From: an uncultured Acidobacteriaceae bacterium
Lineage (GTDB): Bacteria > Acidobacteriota > Terriglobia > Terriglobales > Acidobacteriaceae
Reading direction: 5' to 3'
DNA: 64,000 bases
Assembly (NCBI GenBank): GCA_963788555.1
Contig: CAWBHM010000022.1
Span: 54,993 to 118,992 of the forward strand
Shown here: positions 44,994 to 53,111 of the stretch, piece after piece
Layout: each line of letters starts with the position of its first letter
How positions within the stretch are numbered: position 1 is the stretch's first letter
Translations under genes and position numbers: made by a program
The notes under the pieces: model-generated
What the model was told of the DNA's origin: nothing
What the model saw: only the letters and a program-made list of their open reading frames with translations
The model's database searches: none

Positions 44994-46134
44994 TTAGCTA
45001 TTTACTGTCCCTTGTTGTCCCTTGTTGGCGGACAATTCGCCGTCAAGGGCAAGGGCAGCCCGGCGCGTATCGGCGGGAACGGGTTTGATGTAATGTTCCA
45101 TTGCGACTTCCATGCTATGCCCGAAATGATGCGCTACCACTTGGGCATCGCCGTTCACATGGCGGGCCATTGCAGTCTCAGCACCGCGCCGTCCTGCGTG
45201 ATAGCCCTTCCATTCTAAACCGAGTTTCTTAAACAGTGGTCGGATCGTGCGCGTCGAATACTGTCCTAGTTCCAGCGGATTGCCCGCCGAATTTTCTAGA
45301 AGGTATCCACTTGTTGACGGCACCGCTTTTGGGCGATACTGATCCAGGATGCTGCAAAGCAAGGGACCGATTGAAACTTCCCGCAATCGCCTTTCACTCT
45401 TCCCGCCTTCGGAAACATGATCCTTGCCCCACACTGACCGGCGCACATGGATTATGCCATTGATCGTGTCCACGTCTTCCCTCTTCACTCCGCGAATTTC
45501 CGCACGATTCAATCCGATGAATGCCAGCGACATTGCAACCAGGGCTTGCGGTTCACTTCGAAGTCCGGACAGAATTGCTTTCATCTCGTCCACAGTGTAA
45601 TGCAATCCCTTGCCCGGTTTACGTGGTTTGATAAGCAACTTGCAATCGTGAATTGGATTCATTCCGAAGATGTCCCAGGGCCAGCGCGTGCGCGAAAATC
45701 CCCGACATCAAAGCCCGAACGTGACTAACGGCGTTTCGGCCCATGCCCGCACGTACGAGCCCCGTCAAAAATTCCGTGGCGTGATAGGGCTGGTAATCGA
45801 AAAGGCGCCTCTCTCCAAAATGCGACTTGAGTTTGCCCGTCCACAATTTCAGATAGCCATAATGCGTTGCGGGCCGACACTCCTGTTTCGCCCACGGTAA
45901 GTAAACCTGTTCCGCAAATTGCACGACTGTAAGGTTTCCCGTGCGCGGTTTATCGCCCTGTGGCACCATTCGCACGGCCATGTCATTGGCAATCGGAATC
46001 ACGTCCTGTTTTGAGCGGTGCTCGTCTGAGACTTCGGCCAACTTTACGGACTTCTGTTTGCCGTCCTCGTAATACCGCCAGTGCCATGCACCGTGTTTTT
46101 TCAGGATGCTACCGGATTGCAGTTTCAGTTTCAT
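44994..46134 (-). pseudogene. int: tyrosine recombinase (phage-type integrase), one frame change near 45620-45665
   Basis: The N-terminal SAM-like part lies in ORF 45619..46179 (MKLKLQSGSILKKHGAWHWRYYEDGKQ, preceded by GGAGG). The catalytic part lies in ORF 44994..45662 (RAEIRGVKREDVD...GYHAGRRGAETAM...HHFGHSMEVAMEHYIKP, giving the R..HxxR..Y signature). Confidence 0.85.
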
Positions 46135-47037
46135 ACCGCCTCCCCTGTGTCTTTTCGGATAGCCGCTGCCCGCCTTCAAGTTTTTCGCTTCGCCAGAATC
46201 CTTGCGACCGCGAATAGCCCCCGCTCGCCTTTACTCGTAAGGCAAGCAAATCAACTTGAGGTAGGGTCTCTGGGACTTCGCGAAGCCGATTATCTATTGT
46301 GCTCGGAGAAACTTTGAGCTTGCGGGCTATGCGGTTAATGTCGAATCCAGCATCCCGCAATTCGATAACTTTCTTGTGTGGCGCACGGTACGGCGGATTC
46401 TGCAATTCATATCGAAAGGCTGCTTCTCTCCGTCGATGGTCAATTTCTGGCGCGGCGGCTTCTACATCGATGAGATCGCGTTCCTGTGAAGGAAACCTAA
46501 GCGTCTCAAAGCCGCGAGCGGTGTAATGCGTAAACCCGTCATCGTCTTGTTCGTGATGGATCTTCGCCTTGCGGGCATCCTTCCATAAGGCGCTGCGAAT
46601 TCCCTTCTTGATTCCCCATTCCGTGTCCGGATCGTTAAAAACCCGCGCTGCTACCGGCCGGAAAACCACTTCCTCACTGAACAGCACTTGGCCACAATCA
46701 GGGCACGTCTTGGAAGTTAAGGGCTCCCATTCGCCGTCCAGAAGCGGACTGTGAATACACTTCGGTTCGTGTTTCGCAATGAGCCCGTGACCGACCTCTG
46801 AGCCGTGCCGATAAACCCTAAGGGTATCCGGGTCTTGGGTGTAACACACAACCGGATTTCCGTACTTCAGCCGGGGGCTCGGTAGACGCCAATGCGAATT
46901 TCTCGACTACTGACCGTTCGCAGCCCGTGAGCACTGAGAACCGAATTCCAGTGTGCCGCGGGGAAGGCATCGGCGATTGCCTTGTTCCGACGCCCGGCGT
47001 CTCGGGCCTTCCTCACTCGTTCGGCAATTGCGGCCAT
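46109..47037 (-). pseudogene. island protein with Zn-ribbon-like CPDCG motif and two HTH-like segments, probable frame change near 46870-46905
   Basis: ORF 46109..46849 contains KTCPDCGQ and IELRDAGFDINRIARKLKVSPSTIDNRL. A 56-aa ORF (46867..47037, ATG) just upstream carries a similar RKARDAGRRNKAIADAF segment and overlaps the open part of the downstream frame. Confidence 0.45.
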
Positions 47038-47070
47038 GTCGATACTTTAGTCGCATTATCCGGCCAATAC

Positions 47071-47086
47071 AAGAACTATAGTTCTT
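47071..47086. promoter_or_regulatory. perfect 16-bp palindrome AAGAACTATAGTTCTT in the divergent intergenic region of the island
   Basis: It lies in the AT-rich 120-bp gap between the minus-strand HTH gene (start 47037) and the plus-strand excisionase-like gene (start 47158). This makes it a candidate operator. Confidence 0.4.
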
Positions 47087-47157
47087 TTGTTATTAGATAG
47101 ATACAGCACTTTTTGCGTTTTTATACTTTTTTCGTCAGTAAGAAGATAGGAGGATAT

Positions 47158-47358
47158 ATGGAGCCACTTCTGAACATGGACGAAGCAGCCGCGCTGCTGA
47201 AGCTCACGAAGCCCCAGTTGTACGAAATCTGTAGGACTCGGGCAAGGTGCCGTCAGACGGTGCCCATCCCGCTCGTACGAATCGGTAAGCGCAAGATGTT
47301 TCGCGCCTCCAGCTTGAATGAATGGGTTTCGAAATTGGAACAGACACAAACCGCGTAA
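47158..47358 (+). CDS. excisionase / AlpA-family helix-turn-helix DNA-binding protein
   Basis: The ATG is preceded by AGGAGG. The protein reads MEPLLNMDEAAALLKLTKPQLYEICRT...IPLVRIGKRKMFRASSLNEWV, the typical phage excisionase/AlpA HTH pattern. Confidence 0.75.
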   Translation: MEPLLNMDEAAALLKLTKPQLYEICRTRARCRQTVPIPLVRIGKRKMFRASSLNEWVSKLEQTQTA

Positions 47359-47401
47359 AGGTAGCCGCGTCGAACGCTGCCACAACCAGAGGAGAACCGA
47401 A

Positions 47402-47590
47402 ATGACTGACTACTCGCAAACCACCCTTACGGATGTACCACAGATCGTAGACACGATCCTAGCCCTTCGCGACATGGACAAGTACCGGGTCATCACGACC
47501 AAGTCCCAAGCCGCGATTCTTCGGCAGTTGCCAAATGATGTGCTGGTCGCTGTCGCCGTCGAGCTGAAGAAAGCCGAGGCGGCACGATGA
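47402..47590 (+). CDS. small island protein, unknown function (62 aa)
   Basis: The ATG is preceded by GGAGAA and is in frame within ORF 47318..47590. No family was recognised. Confidence 0.45.
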   Translation: MTDYSQTTLTDVPQIVDTILALRDMDKYRVITTKSQAAILRQLPNDVLVAVAVELKKAEAAR

Positions 47591-47652
47591 ATGCCTAAGA
47601 ACAAACAATGGCTGATCGCCTCCGCAGTTCGCTTGTCTGTTCGGGAGGGAGG

Positions 47653-48695
47653 ATGGAGGATTTACCCGATGATCTGCGGGACTTTCTTAAGCAACAAAAA
47701 CGGGAATACACAGCAAAGGTTTCGGGGCCTTCAGCCATGCCACGAACAGCCGCGCCGAACGTGCAACCCCAACCGGAACCGCTTCCCTTTCACCTGGCCG
47801 ATGCCGATGAGTTCTTAGCGCGAGAAATTCCAGCCCGGCAATCACTGCTAACGGACGCGGAGACGGGCAGCACCGTCTTTTACGAGAAATCCCTGAATCA
47901 GATTTTCGCCTATCGCGGCATCGGTAAATCTGTAGTGGCGAATTCGCTGATAAAGGTGCTGACGCAAGGCGGTGAGTTCCTTCGATTCAAGAGTGACGGC
48001 GGGCTGAAAACGGTTCTGGTAGACGGCGAACTGCCGGCCGTCCAGTTGCAGGAAAGGCTGAAAGAGTTCAGCGGCGCGCCAAAGGGCTTGCTGAAGATCC
48101 TCGTCCTGAGCTACTGGCGAACCCGAAGGCCTTCCCTGTTCTGTCGGTGCCAGCCCAGCAGACCGCATTCATCAAACAAATTGAGGAGTTCGGGCCGCGT
48201 GTTCTGATCTTTGACACTCTGACGCGGTGCTTCAAATTTGACACGAATGATCCGGACGCCTGGCTTGTGGTGAACGACTTTCTGTTAGAGCTTCGATTCC
48301 GCGGTTATTGCGTCGGGTTCTTATTCATCATGCCGGAAAGAACGGAACCCAGCGCCGCGGCCGGACGGACGGAGACGACAATCTAGACATTTCCGTCATC
48401 CTCAGTCCGCGGTACGGCTGGCAACTCTGGCGACGGGCTGGAGTTCAAGTGGACTTACGAAAAGGTCCGCCACGGCGGGCATCTTCCGGACTTCGAAGCC
48501 GGAGTCCACGGAGGCGGGCAGTGGCAGCTTGTCCAGGACGACAGGACGGCGGACGTGATTGCTCTGGCTGGCAAGGGGAAGTCGCAGCGTGGAATCGCCC
48601 AAGCCCTGGATATCTCCCAGCCGACGGTGAATCGGATCCTCCGAAAAGCACACAAGCAAGGGCTGATCGACCTGAATGGCAAGCACGGGCAGTGA
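47653..48695 (+). pseudogene. RepA-like/AAA_25-type ATPase with C-terminal HTH, about 3 frame changes
   Basis: Walker-A-like YRGIGKSVVANSL lies in ORF 47608..48207. VLIFDTLTRCF lies in ORF 48147..48386. HHAGKNGTQRG lies in ORF 48308..48703. A fourth frame reads GLEFKWTYEKVRHGG...GKSQRGIAQALDISQPTVNRILRKAHKQGL and stops at 48693-48695. Confidence 0.65.
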
Positions 48696-48814
48696 TTCAG
48701 TGATTCAGTGATTCATCTATAGATGGGGTGAATCATGAATCAAACCCAGAACCTAGACGCCTATAGACGGCGTCTGGTTCAGGGAAGCTTATAGGGCGCT
48801 GATTCAGTGAATCA
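48691..48814. repeat. iteron-like array of 7 copies of TGATTCA/TGAATCA plus a 12/13-bp hairpin
   Basis: AGTGATTC occurs three times in perfect tandem (48691-48714). Inverted GTGAATCATGAATCA lies at 48728-48742. A hairpin GAACCTAGACGCC/GGCGTCTGGTTC lies at 48749-48780. A palindrome TGATTCAGTGAATCA lies at 48800-48814. Confidence 0.8.
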
Positions 48815-49036
48815 CCCGTCCCTGAATTTGAGTTTTGGAGCTTTCGTCACTCGGATTGCCCCCTGCCGCTTGTTGTCTAGGTCTTCGATTTTGACCACTC
48901 TTATTGCATACCAAGGACATTCAGTCACCTCAGCGTAAATCACGGGTTCAACGGTCCAAATTGTGGCCGCGGCCGTGTCGAACGTATGCAATACGCGATC
49001 GTTTGGAAGGTAGTACCACAGTCGGAAATTCGGCAT
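48812..49036 (-). CDS. hypothetical island protein (74 aa)
   Basis: The ORF has an ATG start and unbiased composition. No family was recognised. Confidence 0.35.
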   Translation of the reverse strand: MPNFRLWYYLPNDRVLHTFDTAAATIWTVEPVIYAEVTECPWYAIRVVKIEDLDNKRQGAIRVTKAPKLKFRDG

Positions 49037-49125
49037 CAGGCTTTTTCTCCTCTACGGGCGACAACTGAACCCTATCCGCTCTGAAGGCGAATAAAGAGCG
49101 AAGCATTGTGCTGAAAGCTGTGGAC

Positions 49126-49167
49126 GATGAGACTTCTCTGTGGAACGATAAGACTTCTCTGTGGAAC
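49126..49167. repeat. two tandem 21-bp repeats GAT(G/A)AGACTTCTCTGTGGAAC
   Basis: 49126-49146 and 49147-49167 differ at one position. They lie in the 530-bp non-coding centre of the island. Confidence 0.85.
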
Positions 49168-49327
49168 ACGGAGGAAAAAAGAACAACCGTTTGGCCGACA
49201 AAAACAAAGGTGCGACATCGCCTTTTCTTAGCTTGGCCCGTGAATAGCGGTTCAGGGAACCGTCCTACGGCCATTTAGCCTATTGTAATCAGTAGTTTAA
49301 GAGCACTGTCCCTCGTTTGTCCCTTCC

Positions 49328-49418
49328 AAAAGCAGCGAGAAAAGCAGCGAGCCGAGCAGCGAGAACCCCGTCCCCCGCTGCTCTCGCTGCTCCCGCTGCT
49401 TTTTAACCCGCTGCTTTT
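49328..49418. repeat. imperfect 91-bp palindrome built from 3 direct AGCAGCGAG units and 4 inverted CGCTGCT units
   Basis: AAAAGCAGCGAG appears twice, then CCGAGCAGCGAG, then a 12-nt spacer. After that come CGCTGCT, CTCGCTGCT, CCCGCTGCTTTTT and CCCGCTGCTTTT. The whole could fold into a segmented long hairpin. Confidence 0.8.
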
Positions 49419-49566
49419 GAGGGACTTGCGACACGAGCCCGGCAAGCCCAGCGGCTAGGGGAGGTAAACGGTCTGGACGCTCTCGACGGCGGGATGTCAC
49501 CCGTCGATGTCCGAGGGCGCTACGCCGGGCTGGCACAAACCACAAGAAATGAGGAGGAACAGCACC

Positions 49567-50347
49567 ATGAACAGCCCCAAAATGGCCGACTTGGCCCGTA
49601 AGAAAGACCCGCGCCTTGTCCGCCTGGCCGCCCTACGGACTTACCAGAAGCTCTCCCCGAAGCCCGCAAGATGGTCAAGGCCGTCATCCTGCGGGACGCC
49701 GACCCGGAACTGGCGGGCTGTGGGCCGAACTGGCGCCGAATCTGGGACAGCCAAGCCGTTACGGACTGCCTGAACGATTGCGGCTGGCATCCGCCCGCCA
49801 AGGTCCGCCCGCCCGCTGTGGCCTACCGGCCCGCCGAGCCCCTCGCCACCAGTCCCGGAAGTGCGCTGTGAGTCCTGCGGCACCGCTTGGCGCCCATACC
49901 AGCCGCCACGACCACCGTCTAGTTTGTGAACCCTGCCTCTGTCGCCTAAGCAACATCCGCGCCGTTACAGCGCCAAGACCGGAGAAGTGCTGGGAATGCG
50001 GCGCCGATGCCCAGCCCACATGGGACGGCCGATGGCTCTGCCCCGCCCACTTTTCAGCCGCGGCCAGCTCTCAGGCCCAGGAGACGGCCGCCGTCCTGGC
50101 CCACCGTAACGTCCTGGCCAACCAAGGGCGGGACGCCAACACCGTTGACCTGGCCGCCCAGAGGGGCATGGACAGGGACAACGACTATTCCCGCTCCGTC
50201 CGGATCTGGGAGCAGCAAGACTCCGATGCCGCCGATCGACAAGCCCAGGATCGTGCAGACCGTGCAGCCCTCGAAGAGACGGTGAACCGGCAGAGAGCCG
50301 AGTACATCTCCCGCCACGGAATGATCGCCCCGCACGACAAGTTTTAA
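49567..50347 (+). pseudogene. island protein with CxxC...CxxC zinc-ribbon-like motifs, about 3 frame changes
   Basis: ATG 49567 is preceded by GAGGAGG (MNSPKMADLARKKDPRLVRLAAL). Plausible continuation appears in frames 49671..49871, then VRCESCGTAW, then ORF 49616..50347 (RLVCEPC...KCWECGADAQPTWDGRWLCPAHF). Confidence 0.4.
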
Positions 50348-50393
50348 CGCAGCCGCGCCGGACGGCATCATCCGGCAAGCACAAGGAGCAACC

Positions 50394-50543
50394 ATGGAAC
50401 AAACACCGTACTGCGATTGCGAAGGTTGTAGGAAACGAACCGAAGAGCGACTCCGCACCGCCGATGATAGCGCCCTAAGACACATGATTGGCGCCCTGCA
50501 AGCCCACCTGGCCGAGAAGAAGGACGAGGTGAAACGTGGCTAA
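50394..50543 (+). CDS. small island protein (49 aa, CDCEGC motif)
   Basis: The ATG is preceded by AAGGAG. The protein is MEQTPYCDCEGCRKRTEERLRTADDSALRHMIGALQAHLAEKKDEVKRG. It is below the ORF-track size cutoff. Confidence 0.4.
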   Translation: MEQTPYCDCEGCRKRTEERLRTADDSALRHMIGALQAHLAEKKDEVKRG

Positions 50544-50600
50544 GCACAAAAAAGCACGTCCCGCGCTGAAACCCGAAGCCCTGCCTGGCTCGCTGAAAAG

Positions 50601-50961
50601 ATGAGCCCTACCGAATGGTCTCGCGTCCTTGATCTACACCGGATGTCCATCGAAGCCCTGTTCGTCTACGTCCGCAGTTTGTGCGATGACGCGCTCTATC
50701 AGGAAGTTCATCGAGGATTTGAACGAGCCCGAGCTGGCCGCCGAGCGCAAGAAGAAAGAAGCCGAAGCCGCGGAAGCCGCCCGGCAGGAAAGTCTGACGA
50801 TTCACAGCGGCCTAGCGCCCAGCCCCTATCTGAATCTTCAGGCGGGCAGCACGGCACCACTATGGAGAGACGCCACACTGACGGAAGCCGAACGCGCCGA
50901 AGCGGAGAAGGTAGCCGAAGAGGAGCGAACAGGAATGCGGCAAATTCCAGACCCGTTATGA
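50601..50961 (+). pseudogene. hypothetical island protein, probable frame change near 50700
   Basis: MSPTEWSRVLDLHRMSIEALFVYVRSLCDDALYQ (ORF 50601..) is followed by KFIEDLNEPELAAERKKKEAEAAEAARQ... in ORF 50629..50961. Confidence 0.35.
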
Positions 50962-51125
50962 CTCGCCCATTTTTCCATAGTCCCCCTACGCGCTGGTCAG
51001 AACTTTACGCTGGCTGGCTTGCCTACGCCGAAGCCCATAACGAGGAGCGAAAAAACGGATGGAGAAAGTTAAGCCCACTGGAACGCGTCTTGTCAGGAAT
51101 AGAGTCGGCATTCTCGCCGAAGTGA
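50958..51125 (+). CDS. small hypothetical island protein (55 aa)
   Basis: The ATG overlaps the preceding stop (ATGA). The protein starts MTRPFFHSPPTRWSELYAGWLAYAEAHNEERKNGW... Confidence 0.35.
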   Translation: MTRPFFHSPPTRWSELYAGWLAYAEAHNEERKNGWRKLSPLERVLSGIESAFSPK

Positions 51126-51264
51126 AAACTATCCGCGTGACCGCCGGAATTTGGGACGGGGATTTCAACTTTGAACCCGTCGATACCTACATCAAGTTCC
51201 GCCAGAAATAACTTAGTCAAATCGCGGTATCGTCCGCACAAAACGAGGCAGTTAAGGAGCACAA

Positions 51265-51897
51265 ATGCAAATCACACTTTCAGAGAGAAAATTTTCGGAG
51301 CGTATCAGGGAACTGGAAGGCATTCCGGCCGAAGTTACGACAGAAGAGATTACTCACCGCTTGGATCGATACGCCGCGACCTTGTTTCAGCATCTCCGAG
51401 GATATGGCCTTAGCAGCATCGGGCTTGTCGGTATGAACGGCACGCTGGGTACGTTCCATGTCACGCTTGAGCGCTGTTATGACGATGACAGCCGCAACAA
51501 ACGGATTGAAGGGCTGGCCCTACTTGACCCGTTGAGTGTGACCGTCGAGCAATCCGACCTGGGGGCGTTCTATATCGGAATCTTACTCAGCACAATGTAT
51601 GACGCCTGGAATTCGTATGCCCGCGAGTTACAGCGCGTGACAGTGGGTGAGCTGGACAAGGCCCTTGTGAGCATTGCCGAACGGGTTTTTCTGAAGAGTC
51701 CGACGCCAGCCCAGGACGTATTTCAAGAAGCCCTAACCGAAGATGAGCGCTTTGAAATGTTTTGCCGCCGGGCTGGAGTGCGAATACCGGGCAAGCAACT
51801 TCAGGCCGTCGAGGAATTCAACCAAGCCGAGATTGCGCGCGTCGAGGCCGGCAAAGAGGCCGCCTACGAGCAATTTCGGAACCCTCCGCGGGACTAA
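51265..51897 (+). CDS. hypothetical island protein (210 aa, intact)
   Basis: An uninterrupted ATG ORF with balanced composition. No family was recognised. Confidence 0.55.
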   Translation: MQITLSERKFSERIRELEGIPAEVTTEEITHRLDRYAATLFQHLRGYGLSSIGLVGMNGTLGTFHVTLERCYDDDSRNKRIEGLALLDPLSVTVEQSDLGAFYIGILLSTMYDAWNSYARELQRVTVGELDKALVSIAERVFLKSPTPAQDVFQEALTEDERFEMFCRRAGVRIPGKQLQAVEEFNQAEIARVEAGKEAAYEQFRNPPRD

Positions 51898-52135
51898 CAA
51901 GTTCTCCCAGACACGATGTTAGGTGACAGGGGTCAGTCGTAAACAGAACGACCGGCGAAAGCCGCAAAGGAATAACACAATGGGATTCAAGACGCATCTC
52001 ACCAGCGCGAGATTTCGGGCTTGCAGTCACGAGTGACATATCGGACGGCACGCATGGCGCCCAGGACTTGTCGGCACGCAATGACGCACGACTAGCCGAC
52101 CTGAACGCCGCAATTAAACGGGACTGGCCGGAACG

Positions 52136-52339
52136 ATGACAGCGACATTCGCCGAACACATCGACCCGACTTTGGGCAATGCATTCTCACGAATGCCCAA
52201 GCCGTCGGACGTCGTCGTTGGCTCCAAGTCCGAGCGATTCGGTTCAAGCGCTGAGGACGATACCGATTCGAGCACTCGGCGGGCACCCCAGAAGACAGGG
52301 AAGGTGAAGGGAGTAGAACAGCCGAAAAAGCGCGGCTAA
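52136..52339 (+). CDS. hypothetical small protein (67 aa)
   Basis: An ATG ORF encoding a charged, probably disordered protein. Support is weak. Confidence 0.3.
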   Translation: MTATFAEHIDPTLGNAFSRMPKPSDVVVGSKSERFGSSAEDDTDSSTRRAPQKTGKVKGVEQPKKRG

Positions 52340-52374
52340 AAAAAAAGGGCCGTCGGTTCCCGCATGGCTGGCCC
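52338..52374 (-). terminator. putative intrinsic terminator (GC stem followed by a U9 tract on the minus strand)
   Basis: The minus strand reads GGGCCAGCCATGCGGGAACCGACGGCCC followed by TTTTTTTTT. It lies about 80 nt downstream of the stop of the 52454..52669 gene. The stem is short, with GGGCC/GGCCC and an inner CGG/CCG pairing. Confidence 0.45.
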
Positions 52375-52453
52375 AACCCCCTCAATCTTTCGGGGTCAAG
52401 CCTAACGCCATCGGCAGCAGTCGTACTATGGCACTGAAGTGCATCGGCGGCCC

Positions 52454-52669
52454 TTATCTCACCCAGACAATCACAAGGCGCCATAGGATAAGCCCTAGTG
52501 CAAGGTTGAGAACACCAACGCAAATCAACGTTGGAGCCACCGTACCGAGTACTGCGGCAAGCCCGGTCGCTTTCGCATTGCCAGGGCCAACGAATGCAGG
52601 TATTGAAGCGACCACCGCTGTAACAGCAACAATTGGGAGTGCCTTGGCAAATTCAATGATCCAGCCCAT
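52454..52669 (-). CDS. small two-TM membrane protein (71 aa)
   Basis: MGWIIEFAKALPIVAVTAVVASIPAFVGPG...LGTVAPTLICVGVLNLALGLILWRLVIVWV. It contains two hydrophobic helices. Confidence 0.5.
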   Translation of the reverse strand: MGWIIEFAKALPIVAVTAVVASIPAFVGPGNAKATGLAAVLGTVAPTLICVGVLNLALGLILWRLVIVWVR

Positions 52670-52762
52670 TGTTTTTACCTCCTAAATTTTGCGGGCCAAC
52701 AGTAGCACCACTACCATTGGCCCGTCGATGGGAATGCCGACTATTGAGTTACTTTAGTTTCC

Positions 52763-52951
52763 TTAGCGGCGCTCTCCCTCCTCTGAAGTCTGCCTCTTGA
52801 GAATGACTCCTAGCCCGCCATTTTTTTCGACAAAAGATGCAACCACTTCCCAGCCTTTTTCTCCGAGGGCATTCAGGGCAGCCTTTGACTCTCGGAAGTC
52901 TGGGCCGGTATTTGGATCGATGCTCTGGATTAGATATCGCCACTTTTTCAT
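52763..52951 (-). CDS. DUF4177-like small protein
   Basis: MKKWRYLIQSIDP...ALNALGEKGWEVVASFVEKNGGLGVILKR matches the W-x-Y...LN..G..GWE(L)V pattern of DUF4177. The start is an internal Met of ORF 52763..53068. Confidence 0.5.
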   Translation of the reverse strand: MKKWRYLIQSIDPNTGPDFRESKAALNALGEKGWEVVASFVEKNGGLGVILKRQTSEEGERR

Positions 52952-53072
52952 TTTTGTCTGTCCCTCATTCGTCCCTTGTTGATGACCGAATGATGCCATT
53001 TTGCGCCCTTTTCGGGCTATTAGTGGATGGCTAACTCCTAGATAACATTCGCTGCCATTCTTATCCATTCAC

Positions 53073-53111
53073 TTAGGAAACCGCTGCTCTATCCATCTGA
53101 GCTACGGGGCC
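53073..53111. repeat. 39-bp direct repeat, copy 2 (orphan 5' half of tRNA-Arg next to kdpC)
   Basis: Identical to 44947-44985. The sequences diverge immediately outside both ends. Confidence 0.9.

Larger units (their letters stand above)
44947..53111. mobile_element. integrative element of about 8.1 kb inserted in tRNA-Arg(CCT)
   Basis: It is bounded by the perfect 39-bp repeat. It carries a tyrosine integrase, an excisionase-like HTH, a RepA-like ATPase with C-terminal HTH, iteron-like repeats and small unknown ORFs. It splits the kdpC-tRNA neighbourhood. Confidence 0.8.

Noticed and set aside
48691-49418. The possibility that the repeat arrays are a CRISPR array.
   Set aside because: The units are 7-21 bp, directly abutting or inverted. 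There are no regularly sized unique spacers and no cas genes in the window.
49297-49545. An 82-aa minus-strand ORF covering the palindromic array.
   Set aside because: Its translation (EQREQRGTGFSLLGSLLFSLLLEG, RRRERPDRLPP) simply mirrors the DNA repeats. It has no RBS, and the region is better explained as structured non-coding DNA.
49616-50347. The 243-aa ORF taken at face value as one protein.
   Set aside because: Its first ~85 residues are R/P/G-rich out-of-frame sequence. A strong RBS and ATG at 49567 in another frame, together with sensible peptide segments in alternating frames, indicate a frame-broken gene instead.
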